Shown here one piece after another: positions 6,627-15,531 of a stretch of DNA of 19,261 nucleotides. The notes under the pieces were generated by a model, which worked only from the letters and a program-made list of their open reading frames with translations, searched no databases and had not been told where the DNA came from. The first letter of the stretch is position 1. Each line of letters begins with the position of its first letter. The translations under genes were made by a program, and so were the position numbers. The DNA comes from Chthonomonadales bacterium (GTDB lineage: Bacteria; Armatimonadota; Chthonomonadetes; Chthonomonadales; Chthonomonadaceae). The stretch spans positions 1 to 19,261 of the forward strand of contig JBBQPO010000099.1 in the NCBI GenBank assembly GCA_038217285.1, written 5' to 3'.

Positions 6627-8054
6627 TCACTCCAGGGTGCGGAGAGCGTCGGCAATGACGGCGAGCTCTTCCGGTTCGAGTGTGCGGGGATCGAAGAGAA
6701 CGGCGTCGTGGTGGATACGGGCGAACACAGGCGGGTGGTGTCGGCGCAAATGGGCGGCGATGCTGTCGGCGGAGGGCTGTGAGGCAACGGCGCGCAGTGC
6801 GACGCAGACGGTCGGCAGATCTTCACCGGGCAGGGAACCGCCACCGACCTGAGAGCGTTCTTGAACGAGCGAAACTGTGAAGCGTTCGGAGGGTAAAACG
6901 GACAGGATCCTGGCCTTGAGGCGCACGGCAAAACGGCGTAGTTCCGGTAGGGTGCGCGTCAGGTAGCGCAGGGTCGGAATGGCGAGGCGGGCCTGTGCCG
7001 GGTCACGATAGAGGCGCAGGGTCGCCTCCAGACCCGCGAGAGTCAGTTTATCGACGCGGAGGGCGCGGGCTAACGGGTGTGTCGTGAGGCGTTCGATGGC
7101 GGTTCGGCTGCCGAGCAGCAGGCCCGCCTGGGGGCCTCCGAGGAGTTTGTCGCCGCTGGCAGTCACGATGTCGCTGCCTGCCGCCATGCTCTCTGGCAAG
7201 GAGCCTGTACCGGGAATGCCGAGGAGAGCTGGAGAGAGCAGGGCACCGTTGCCCTGATCGTCCATGACGGGAATGCCGTGTTGGCGGCCCAGGGCGACGA
7301 GGTCGCGGGTGGGGGTCTCTTCGGTGAAGCCGACCAGCGCGAAATTGGAAGGATGGCAGCGCAGAATCAGGCCGGTGCGTTCGGTGACGGCACTGGCGTA
7401 GTCGGAGAGTCGGGTGCGGTTGGTAGCGCCGACCTCGATGAGAGTGGCCCCGCTGGCGCGGATGATGTCGGGCATGCGGAAGGCGCCTCCGATCTCGACC
7501 AGTTCACCCCGTGAGATGAGAACTTCACGCCCCGCCGCCAGGGTCGTGACCGCCAGCAGCACGGCTCCGGCGCAGTTGTTGACCACGGTCGCGTCCTCCG
7601 CTCCGGTCAACTCGCACAGCAGGCTGCGCACATGGTCCCGGCGAGACCCGCGTCGGCCCGTCTCCCGCTCGATCTCGACCGGACTATGTCCCGCCGCCAC
7701 CTCAGAGATCGCCGCGACCGCTTCCGCTGCCAGGCGCGCGCGGCCCAGTCCTGTATGCAGCACGATTCCGGTCGCATTGACCGCCCCGGTCAGGGAGGGT
7801 TGAGCGCGCCTTCTCGCCTCCGCTACGACCTGCTGCGCCAGCAGAGTCTCGGTGGGCGCATTCGGCGTGGTCCCGCTGCCGTCGCGGAGGGCGCGGCGGG
7901 CCGCATCGAGCACGGCACGGACACTGTCGGTCAGGAGAGTGGACGGCATGCTCACCCCGAGGGCAGCGACCTCCGGGGCGTCCAGCAGACGCTGTACGGA
8001 CGGCAGGCGCCGCAAGGGATTGGTTTCCAAATCGGTAACATTCGACTTCTTCAC
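6627..8054 (-). CDS. selA: L-seryl-tRNA(Sec) selenium transferase (selenocysteine synthase)
   Basis: Motifs LRRLPSV, NATGIVLHTGLGRA, VVNNCAGA, SRGELVEIGGAFR, EVGATNRT, HPSNF and the PLP-lysine motif SGDKLLGGPQAG. Start re-called at GTG 8054 (track gives 8126) from the promoter position. Confidence 0.96.
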   Translation of the reverse strand: MKKSNVTDLETNPLRRLPSVQRLLDAPEVAALGVSMPSTLLTDSVRAVLDAARRALRDGSGTTPNAPTETLLAQQVVAEARRRAQPSLTGAVNATGIVLHTGLGRARLAAEAVAAISEVAAGHSPVEIERETGRRGSRRDHVRSLLCELTGAEDATVVNNCAGAVLLAVTTLAAGREVLISRGELVEIGGAFRMPDIIRASGATLIEVGATNRTRLSDYASAVTERTGLILRCHPSNFALVGFTEETPTRDLVALGRQHGIPVMDDQGNGALLSPALLGIPGTGSLPESMAAGSDIVTASGDKLLGGPQAGLLLGSRTAIERLTTHPLARALRVDKLTLAGLEATLRLYRDPAQARLAIPTLRYLTRTLPELRRFAVRLKARILSVLPSERFTVSLVQERSQVGGGSLPGEDLPTVCVALRAVASQPSADSIAAHLRRHHPPVFARIHHDAVLFDPRTLEPEELAVIADALRTLE

Positions 8055-8060
8055 AGTTCC

Positions 8061-8089
8061 ATTATAGCCAATGCTCGCCGCGAATGCAA
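8061..8089 (-). promoter_or_regulatory. Sigma70-type promoter for selA (leaderless)
   Basis: Minus strand TTGCAT (8089-8084), 17 nt spacer, TATAAT (8066-8061), then 6 nt to GTG (8054). Confidence 0.75.
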
Positions 8090-8141
8090 ACGGGAGACGG
8101 CAATAGGAGGCGACTGGTCCGCCCATAAACGAACGACGATA

Positions 8142-9416
8142 CTATTCAGGCTTATGGAATCCGGCGGCGGTCAGGGCGGTGGAGGTGGCAGGATGACCGG
8201 CCCGCAGGCGCCAGATCAGGCCAGAACGGTGGTTTTCGATGGCGAGCAGCATCATTCCGAGGTCGATGCCGATAACATCCGTATCGAACCAGTTCCGGGC
8301 CGGGTTGATGGCGTTCACGAATCCGTATTTGCCCCAGGCGTGCGCACGGTAGCCGAGGTAGAGATCCTCCAAACTTCGTCCGGCGATCTCCGGCATAAAC
8401 ATGAGGGAGGCGAGTGCGGCGGTTGGGGCGATGGTGCCGTCGTTTGCGCCGTCGACCGGGCTCCGTGCGCGGTAGCCAACAGATTTGCCCGGTCGTCTGG
8501 GCGGTTGGTCGCACGCCGTGATGCCCCAGAGCGGCTCCTGATGGCGCGGATAGCGCTGGGGGTTGTATGCACAGTAGTCGTAGTTCGCCTGATGCGCATT
8601 CGCCCAGAGCTGCCACCAGTCACGATCGGTGTGGTCGCGCAGTCCTTCCAGGTTATAATAGGCCGGGGTCATCTGAGCCCAGAAGAGGGGGCCCGTCTGG
8701 CCCGGAACCAGATCGCCATTCCCCAGAGCCACTTCCGGCGCCCAGCGATCCCATGTCGTGCCGGAGAGACCGTACTGCGGCGCTCCGAGCGCAAGCAGGT
8801 AGAGAAGGGAGCCTTCGCTGTACGGCCCCCAGCGGGCTCTGAGAAAGCCGGTCTCCGGTTTCCAGCCTAACCTCACCGGCGCATCGGCGGAAACGCCTGC
8901 GCGACGTCCCTGCATCCACTGCCAGTCGACCCCCGCAAACATCACATCGGCCCGCTGTGCGACCTCGCCGCCGAAATACTGCCCGGCCGTCAATGCGCCC
9001 GTGATCAGGAGCGCCGTATCGATGGAAGAGATCTCGCTCCTCCAGATGCGCTGCCCTGTGTGCAGGTCCAGGAAGTGGTAGAAGAAGCCATGGTGGCATG
9101 GCGTCGTTTCGCTCACGGACCGCAGGGTTGCGACCGCTCTCGCTGCTGCCTCGCTACGGTCGACCCAGCCACGCTCGACTCCGATGACAAGCGCCGTGAG
9201 CATATATCCCGTCGCTGCGATAGAGCCGACGGTATAGGCCGCGGAATCCCCCCACGCGAGATTGCATGTGCGATCCCTGGTAAGGCCCGTAACGGGCGAC
9301 GTTTCGTTCCAGAAGAAGGCGAACGCCTTATGCGCCAGTGTATCCCAGAGTTGCTGCGTGGAGGGGTCGTTCGCTGTCGGGACGACGATAGGGGCGGATA
9401 TCGGACTGGGATTCAT
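8142..9416 (-). CDS. Glycoamylase-domain protein, GH144-like (putative endo-beta-1,2-glucanase family)
   Basis: Motifs AFAFFW..TGLTRDR, SIAATG..L.A..IGVERGW, HGFFYHFLD, SEISSIDTALL, YSE..LLYLLA, DGTIAPTAA, GKYGF..A.N and IGIDLG..LL.IEN.R. Confidence 0.85.
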   Translation of the reverse strand: MNPSPISAPIVVPTANDPSTQQLWDTLAHKAFAFFWNETSPVTGLTRDRTCNLAWGDSAAYTVGSIAATGYMLTALVIGVERGWVDRSEAAARAVATLRSVSETTPCHHGFFYHFLDLHTGQRIWRSEISSIDTALLITGALTAGQYFGGEVAQRADVMFAGVDWQWMQGRRAGVSADAPVRLGWKPETGFLRARWGPYSEGSLLYLLALGAPQYGLSGTTWDRWAPEVALGNGDLVPGQTGPLFWAQMTPAYYNLEGLRDHTDRDWWQLWANAHQANYDYCAYNPQRYPRHQEPLWGITACDQPPRRPGKSVGYRARSPVDGANDGTIAPTAALASLMFMPEIAGRSLEDLYLGYRAHAWGKYGFVNAINPARNWFDTDVIGIDLGMMLLAIENHRSGLIWRLRAGHPATSTALTAAGFHKPE

Positions 9417-11686
9417 TCTTGCTTCGCGCGTTGTGCCTTGAGCCAGCGGTCCCGGAGGTCGCGGCAGTTGAGGATCTTCTCCAGTAGATCCCCCGGCACA
9501 TAGTAGTACTGGTTAGAGGCTTCGAACCCGATCCGGGAGTCGGCGCATTGCAGCGTATAGAGGCTTCGGGCCTGTTCAATCTCCCGGTTCAGTACGGCTT
9601 CGATGTCTGCCAGCAGCGGTCGGGTCTCCTCTGGAGTGTGCGCGGCCTGGAGTGTGCGGCGAAGCACCAGGAAGCGGGCCTGATCCGCCGTGCTGTGGAA
9701 GTGGAGGGCAGCGGCCTCCGCAACCCTGATCTCGGACCGAAGGGCGTCGCGCTCGTGAGAGGACAGTGCGTCCTCAGCCGCCGTCTGTCGCAGCTTTATC
9801 AGCGCCCGGTCGAATCCGTCAGCCACCTTCTCGAACTGTGCAATGAAGACTTTCGGAGGATAGACCGCCCGCCAGGCGTCGAGGTCGTCGTAGGGGAAGC
9901 CGATCATAGTGGCATGGTAGCCGGTGGGCTCTTCCCAGAGCAGATTGGCCGGGCCGTACTGCATGGGGCCGGTGTAGACAAGTCCGATATGGAATGGATA
10001 TTCCCGCAGCGCAGCGCTGAACGCCCGCCATGCCTCCACGACCGCGCCTTCCGCGTGCGGCCCGTACCGCTGCCGCGCCACGTCATGAAGGGCTTCGTCG
10101 GGAGAGGCGCCCCGTCCGACCTCTGCCACCACCTCCAGGTTGGGCGAGGGATAGCCGCCCAGGGTCCAGCCGAGCATCAGGCCATCCACCTTTTCGGCGC
10201 GCAGATTGGCCGCGTGTTGGGCCACATTCTCCAGTGCAGGCAGATACGGCACGGCGGAGAGCTCCCAGGAGTTGGCGGCCTGGATCTTAGCAAGCGTCCG
10301 CAGCCCGCGCGCCCGCGCCCACGCCCAATGCTGACGGGCGCGTGGGCCGGGACCGACCGCCGATACCGAATACTCGCCCACGATACTCTCGACGCCGCCG
10401 CGCCGGATCGGTAGGTTCCACTCGCTCACGCTCATCAGGCTGGCGTCGGTGGGAAGGCGATCAATGATCTCATGGGCGGACCCATCGGGCCAACCCCAGT
10501 CCCAGGCGATCAGTCGCGCCTGGCTTCCTGCCCGCCGAATGCCGTCGCGAATGAGTCGGTTGACCTCCGCGATTACCTCCGCCGCGCTCCGCGCCCCGCA
10601 GTTGGGACAGGCGGCCCCACCGCCGTGCGACCAGCAGTTGGTCAGGTTCTCGGAGGCGGTGATCGTGAACATACCGGCCAGATCGGGCGCCGCCCGGCAG
10701 ATTGAGGCGACCGAATCGGTGAGATAGCGCTGCACCTCGGGCCTGCTGGTGCAGAGCGCTGCGTGGTCTCCCTCTACCGTGCCGCGCAGTTCCGGATGCG
10801 TCGTATAGAAGGCCAGCGGCAGGGAGCGAGGCTCGTTCAGGTAGAGGTATACCCCGATCCCATGCCGTTTGGCTCGCGCCACCAGCCTGCGCAGATTTTC
10901 CAGGCGCTTGGCGTAGTGTTCGCTCTGCGAAAGATCCCACGGAAAGGGCGCCAGTCGGGAGAGGACACCCTGGAGCCAGACGCCGGTCACCCCTGCTGCC
11001 GCCAGTTGCGCCAGATACCCGTCCGGATAGGGATCGGCCTGCTTCTCCAGCAGCGGATCGCCGTAGAGGGCGAAATAGGAGTAGCAGAATCGCGGCGTAA
11101 AATAGTTCGCGCTTTTGCCGGGCACAGTGACCGGCTTCTGAAGTTCCGAGACAAAGTGGAAGAGGGGGGACATGACGGATGGGAGACCCTGCGGGAACGT
11201 CTCTTGAATCACATGGGCGATCTCCTGCTCACGCCGCAGGACGGTTTCATCCGGAGGCTGGTAACGGAGCGGCGCGCATTTCGGCTTTAACTGGCCCATT
11301 TTGATGTAGAGGAAGTCGTCCTCCTGCAGTGTATACGCGAGATGATCCGGGGTCCACTGGAGAACCTGGAGCAACTGGTCGTAAGAAAGCAGATGCCAGT
11401 TCCGGCGGATAATTGTCAACGCAGAGCGGCGCCGCTGGTCGGCGGAGATTTTCGGCGGACCGGACAGACCCATCGCATGGCCCATTCGCAGGACATCGGC
11501 CGGCTTGGCCCCCAGGGTCCGGGCGAGTAGGGTTGTGGGGACCAGAGACCAGTTGCGCCAGACAAAGGCATGAACCCGGTCGGGAAAGTGCGGCAGCGCA
11601 ACCGGCTCCGGCGCGGCCCCGACCGGTAGATCAGACGATAGCATACAGAGCGCTCCCAACAAGGCCAGGATCATCGTTGTCCTCAC
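9413..11686 (-). CDS. Secreted hypothetical protein, probable TIM-barrel glycoside-hydrolase-like fold
   Basis: 757 aa with signal peptide MRTTMILALLGALCML..VGA. Alternating beta/alpha segments (GVTGVWLQG, AKRHGIGVYLYLNEP, RLIAWDWGW). ATGA overlap with the GH144-like gene. Confidence 0.7.
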   Translation of the reverse strand: MRTTMILALLGALCMLSSDLPVGAAPEPVALPHFPDRVHAFVWRNWSLVPTTLLARTLGAKPADVLRMGHAMGLSGPPKISADQRRRSALTIIRRNWHLLSYDQLLQVLQWTPDHLAYTLQEDDFLYIKMGQLKPKCAPLRYQPPDETVLRREQEIAHVIQETFPQGLPSVMSPLFHFVSELQKPVTVPGKSANYFTPRFCYSYFALYGDPLLEKQADPYPDGYLAQLAAAGVTGVWLQGVLSRLAPFPWDLSQSEHYAKRLENLRRLVARAKRHGIGVYLYLNEPRSLPLAFYTTHPELRGTVEGDHAALCTSRPEVQRYLTDSVASICRAAPDLAGMFTITASENLTNCWSHGGGAACPNCGARSAAEVIAEVNRLIRDGIRRAGSQARLIAWDWGWPDGSAHEIIDRLPTDASLMSVSEWNLPIRRGGVESIVGEYSVSAVGPGPRARQHWAWARARGLRTLAKIQAANSWELSAVPYLPALENVAQHAANLRAEKVDGLMLGWTLGGYPSPNLEVVAEVGRGASPDEALHDVARQRYGPHAEGAVVEAWRAFSAALREYPFHIGLVYTGPMQYGPANLLWEEPTGYHATMIGFPYDDLDAWRAVYPPKVFIAQFEKVADGFDRALIKLRQTAAEDALSSHERDALRSEIRVAEAAALHFHSTADQARFLVLRRTLQAAHTPEETRPLLADIEAVLNREIEQARSLYTLQCADSRIGFEASNQYYYVPGDLLEKILNCRDLRDRWLKAQRAKQE

Positions 11687-11885
11687 GGCAAATCAGATGA
11701 GTACGGATGTACAGATGTTAGGATAGATTACCCCAGAAAGCCGTTATTCCTGGGGTAGAGTCGGGGACTTCCTGATAGAGGGGGCCCCTATTAGCGCAGG
11801 AGACCGCGTGCCGTGTCGCGAAATGAAGAGGGAAGGTGCGCCACCGGCGGCGTGCTTCCATTCGAACCGACAAGGAAACCGACCG

Positions 11886-12650
11886 ATGCCCACCTCCGAC
11901 GAGATTCTGGAGCAACTGACCGCGCTCTCCCACTACCTCGGCGACCCCGCCCACGACCTTGCCATTCTCGGCGAGGGCAACACCTCCGCTCGCCTCGACG
12001 AAGAGACGTTCTATGTCAAAGCCAGCGGACATCAACTCGGCACTATCACGCCCGACGGCTTCTGCGGCGTCCACTTCGCCCGTGTTCTGCCTGCCTTCGA
12101 CGGCCCCGAACTCTCCGATGCCGCTGTGAAAGAGACTCTGCTGAACTGTAAGGCCGACGGCGACATCACGGTCATGCCCTCCGTCGAAACCTTCCTGCAT
12201 GCCTACCTACTGACGCTGCCGAATGTCCACTTCGTGGGGCATACGCACCCCACCGCCGTCAACGCGATTCTCTGCGCCCGCAACGCGCGAGAAGCCCTGG
12301 CAGGACGGCTCTTTCCGGATGAGGTCGTCTGCTGTGGCGTCGCGCCCTGCTTCGTCGAATATACCGATCCCGGCATTCCTCTGGCCCGCCTGCTGAAACA
12401 GCGTGTGGAGGAGTTTGCCGAGGTGTATAATGAGTATCCGAAGGTGATCTTGATGCAGAACCACGGCTTCATTGCGTTGGGCAAGACGCCCAAGGACGTG
12501 CGCACCGTGACGGCCATGTATGTCAAGACCGCCCGTGTACTGATCGGAACCTATGCCTTTGGCGGCCCCAACTTCATGACGGAAGAGGCCGTAAACCGGA
12601 TCCATACCCGCCCCGACGAACACTACCGCCAACGTCAGATCGGGAAATAG
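11886..12650 (+). CDS. Class II aldolase/adducin-family protein (rhamnulose-1-phosphate aldolase-like)
   Basis: Motifs GEGNTSAR, YVKASG, PSVETFLH, HTHP and LMQNHG (Zn-binding His). Start re-called at ATG 11886 after AAGGA. Confidence 0.88.
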   Translation: MPTSDEILEQLTALSHYLGDPAHDLAILGEGNTSARLDEETFYVKASGHQLGTITPDGFCGVHFARVLPAFDGPELSDAAVKETLLNCKADGDITVMPSVETFLHAYLLTLPNVHFVGHTHPTAVNAILCARNAREALAGRLFPDEVVCCGVAPCFVEYTDPGIPLARLLKQRVEEFAEVYNEYPKVILMQNHGFIALGKTPKDVRTVTAMYVKTARVLIGTYAFGGPNFMTEEAVNRIHTRPDEHYRQRQIGK

Positions 12651-12664
12651 AGGAGACTTTGACC

Positions 12665-14428
12665 ATGAGCGAAACAACACTGGACGAGTACAAGGCTGCG
12701 AAGTCGCCCTTGCCGAAGACCATGCTGCGCTGGCATCTCTACGGGGCTGGACTGGAGAATTTGGGCCGTGATGAGAAGCCGGAAGAGGTTGTCGTGCCGG
12801 CCTATGGAACGGACGAGTTGCTGGTGCGGCAGGACGCCTGCGGCCTCTGCTTCTCGGATACCAAGGTAATCGGCCTGGGGCCGAACCACCCTCGTATGAC
12901 CGGGCGCGATCTGGCGAAAGATCCGGTTACCCTCGGGCACGAAGTCTCCTGCACCGTCGTCGGGATCGGGGAGACGCTGGTCGGCCGATTCGAAATCGGG
13001 CAGCGTTTCGTGGTGCAGGCCGACGTCTTCTATCAGGGCAAGAGCATGGCGTACGGTTACGCCATTTCGGGCGGGCTGGCGGAGTACAGCGTGATCCCCA
13101 AACCGATCATCGACGGTGATGAAGGCTGCTATCTCCTGCCGCTGCGCTCCGATACCGGCTATGTCGAGTCTGCCCTAACCGAGCCGTGGGCCTGTGTCGT
13201 CTCGGCCTACGCGCAGTCGCACCGGGACGGGATTCTGGACGGCGGCGACCTGCTCGTGATCGCCTCCGATGACGCGGCCGAGGGGGGCTACGACTGGACC
13301 TCCCTCTTCACGAAAGGCAGACCTTTCCAGGTGACGCTCGTCAACGTGAAAGGCAAGACAAAGGCAGACCTGACCGCGGCTCTGGGAATGGCAGAAGACA
13401 TGACCGATATTGCCGATCTGGCGGAGCCGACCGACCAACAGGACTGGGACAACCTGGTCTGTAACGAGGCGGGCCTCCATTTCCACGATATCCTCTTACT
13501 GGGCGATGTGGAGCCGGAGATCATCGAGCAGGCGGCGACGCTTCTGGCGAATCACGGCATCATGAACTTTGTTCGCTCCACGCCGGTTCCGCGCAAGCTC
13601 TCGCTTGACATCGGGCGCATCCACTACAACTGGCACTACTACCTGGGAACCACCACCACGAATCCGGCGGATGCCTATCCTGAAGGTCGCGGCGGCGACC
13701 TTCAGGCCGGCGGCAAGACCTGGATCATCGGGGCGGGCGGCCCCATGGGACAGATGCATGTCCAGCGCGCCGTGCAGCACAAGAACCCACCGCGTCTGCT
13801 GGTCGCGACCGATGTGGACGTCGTGCGGCTCCAGAGCGTCAAGGATCGCTTCGGTAAGACGGCGGAGGAGCGTGGGATTCAACTCGTGACCCTGAACCCG
13901 AAGGAGATGGGCACGGAGGCGTTCAATGCCGAGCTGACCCGTCTGAGCGAAGGCACGGGCTTTACCGACATCCTCTCGATGGTCCCGGTGGCGGCTCTCA
14001 TCGAGCATGCGGCAGACTATCTGGCGGATGGGGCCTGGTTCAACATCTTCGCGGGTGTGGCGCGCGGCACGATGGCGAATCTGGATGTCAACGCGATCAT
14101 TCAGCGCCGGGTGCGCTACCTTGGCAGCAGCGGGTCTTCGCTCGCCGATATGCGGGAGACGCTGGCGCGCGTGGAGAGCGATGAGCTCTCGACCAACGCC
14201 TCGCTCGCCGCCATCGGCGGGATGGAGGCGGCGAAGGTCGGGCTGCAGGCTGTGAAAGAGGGCTGGTTCCCCGGTAAGACCCTTATCTTCCCGCTGATCC
14301 ACGATCTGCCCCTGACCCCGCTGGCAGAACTCCAGGAGAAACTTCCGACCGTCTTTGCAAAACTCAAAGACGGCCAGTTCTGGACTCAGGAGGCGGAAGA
14401 GGAGCTGCTGCGCCTGAAACTGGGCTGA
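12665..14428 (+). CDS. Zinc-binding medium-chain dehydrogenase, L-sorbose-1-phosphate-reductase-like, extended
   Basis: Motifs CGLCFSD, LGHE, EPWACV and IIGAGGPMGQMH. AGAGGAG RBS before ATG 12665. Confidence 0.85.
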   Translation: MSETTLDEYKAAKSPLPKTMLRWHLYGAGLENLGRDEKPEEVVVPAYGTDELLVRQDACGLCFSDTKVIGLGPNHPRMTGRDLAKDPVTLGHEVSCTVVGIGETLVGRFEIGQRFVVQADVFYQGKSMAYGYAISGGLAEYSVIPKPIIDGDEGCYLLPLRSDTGYVESALTEPWACVVSAYAQSHRDGILDGGDLLVIASDDAAEGGYDWTSLFTKGRPFQVTLVNVKGKTKADLTAALGMAEDMTDIADLAEPTDQQDWDNLVCNEAGLHFHDILLLGDVEPEIIEQAATLLANHGIMNFVRSTPVPRKLSLDIGRIHYNWHYYLGTTTTNPADAYPEGRGGDLQAGGKTWIIGAGGPMGQMHVQRAVQHKNPPRLLVATDVDVVRLQSVKDRFGKTAEERGIQLVTLNPKEMGTEAFNAELTRLSEGTGFTDILSMVPVAALIEHAADYLADGAWFNIFAGVARGTMANLDVNAIIQRRVRYLGSSGSSLADMRETLARVESDELSTNASLAAIGGMEAAKVGLQAVKEGWFPGKTLIFPLIHDLPLTPLAELQEKLPTVFAKLKDGQFWTQEAEEELLRLKLG

Positions 14429-14485
14429 CAAGCGCGCATTGCCGAGGGCCAAGAACGATTTACGATTAGACAATGGAGGTCAGGG

Positions 14486-15490
14486 ATGTCTGAATCGAAA
14501 CCCGCGCCAGACGATATAGAAAGGCTATTTAAGGCCCTCGGCTCCCACATTTCGGACACACGCTACGACGCTTTGATGGAGACACGAACGCTGACACCGG
14601 AGCAAATCGTGGAACTAGTAGAGGTCGCCAAACGGAGCAAAACACGTTCGTTATGGCATCACCGACTGAAAATCGCCTTTGGGTTGACTATTCTGATCGG
14701 TGTGCTATTTCCGTTCAGTTTGCCCTCCTTCCCGTTCCCGTTCCCGCTATTTACGATTCTGGGGCCAATGATCGTCTTTTACGCCCTCCTTTCGGAGACC
14801 GGTCGTTCGGTCGTGCGATGGCAGGAGGAGAACCTCGTCCGCGTCCTGGAAAACAGTGCGGCCAGCGGTTGCGTGGAGGCTGTTCTCTGGATGCTGGGAA
14901 CGGCGCAGGGCACTGCACGTGCTCGACTGCTCATAGTACTGCAGCATCGTCTTCCCGAACTTCGCGCCAGCGATGTGCGAGAGTGGACTGCGCGGCAGAA
15001 AGAACCGTTAAAGCTTCTCCTGCGTTCCTGGCATCAATACGACGAACTGGCGTACTGCATCCTGAAAGCCATGCCGGAAATCGGAGGGGCGTGGGCCCTG
15101 GAATCCGTGGAACTGCTCGCAAAACTGGAGCAGTGGCAGCCCGAGCAGATTAGCACCATTTATATTCGACACCGGATGCAAGAACTGCCGTGGCAAGGCC
15201 GTCGGCGGGCCGATCTGAAACCGACCCGCAGAGAGATAGAAGAGACGATCAAGCCTTTTCGACGCATTGGAGAAGCGGCGGCGGAGTGTCTGCCTGGCCT
15301 GCGGGCAAAGGCGATGGACGAGGAAGCGGCAAAGGTGTTGCTGCGAGCCGCGGGAGTCGAGAGCCAGACCCAGGAGTTGCTACGGCCTGCTGGAGATAGA
15401 GGGGCTGTAACCGACCCTGCAACCCTGTTGCGACCGGGCATGCGGACATCCCATTCTCCGGAGGAGAGCGCCTCCAATAATCGGCATTAG
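14486..15490 (+). CDS. Membrane-anchored helical-repeat protein with 'LLR[AP]' tail, distant paralog 3
   Basis: 2 TM helices, one module (LQHRLPELR..WTARQK..ILKAMPEIGG..EAAAECLPGL) and the tail VLLRAA..ELLRPA..TLLRPG. GGAGG RBS. Confidence 0.8.
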   Translation: MSESKPAPDDIERLFKALGSHISDTRYDALMETRTLTPEQIVELVEVAKRSKTRSLWHHRLKIAFGLTILIGVLFPFSLPSFPFPFPLFTILGPMIVFYALLSETGRSVVRWQEENLVRVLENSAASGCVEAVLWMLGTAQGTARARLLIVLQHRLPELRASDVREWTARQKEPLKLLLRSWHQYDELAYCILKAMPEIGGAWALESVELLAKLEQWQPEQISTIYIRHRMQELPWQGRRRADLKPTRREIEETIKPFRRIGEAAAECLPGLRAKAMDEEAAKVLLRAAGVESQTQELLRPAGDRGAVTDPATLLRPGMRTSHSPEESASNNRH

Positions 15491-15531
15491 TCGGAGGCAG
15501 ACCTCGTGTCGGAAAGGTGAGGCTACCCGAT

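Noticed and set aside
6530-6629. selA ends in TGA and is in frame with paralog 1 across 32 codons containing only one more TGA (possible Sec read-through fusion)
   Set aside because: SelA ends at its normal length, the downstream gene has its own GGAGG RBS, the spacer is not protein-like, only a weak hairpin follows the UGA, and frame coincidence has a 1-in-3 chance.
8055-8126. N-terminal extensions in the ORF track for selA (also 11808, 15517 and 16076 starts)
   Set aside because: The extensions overlap promoters or neighbouring genes and lack RBS or family similarity. Downstream starts have better signals.
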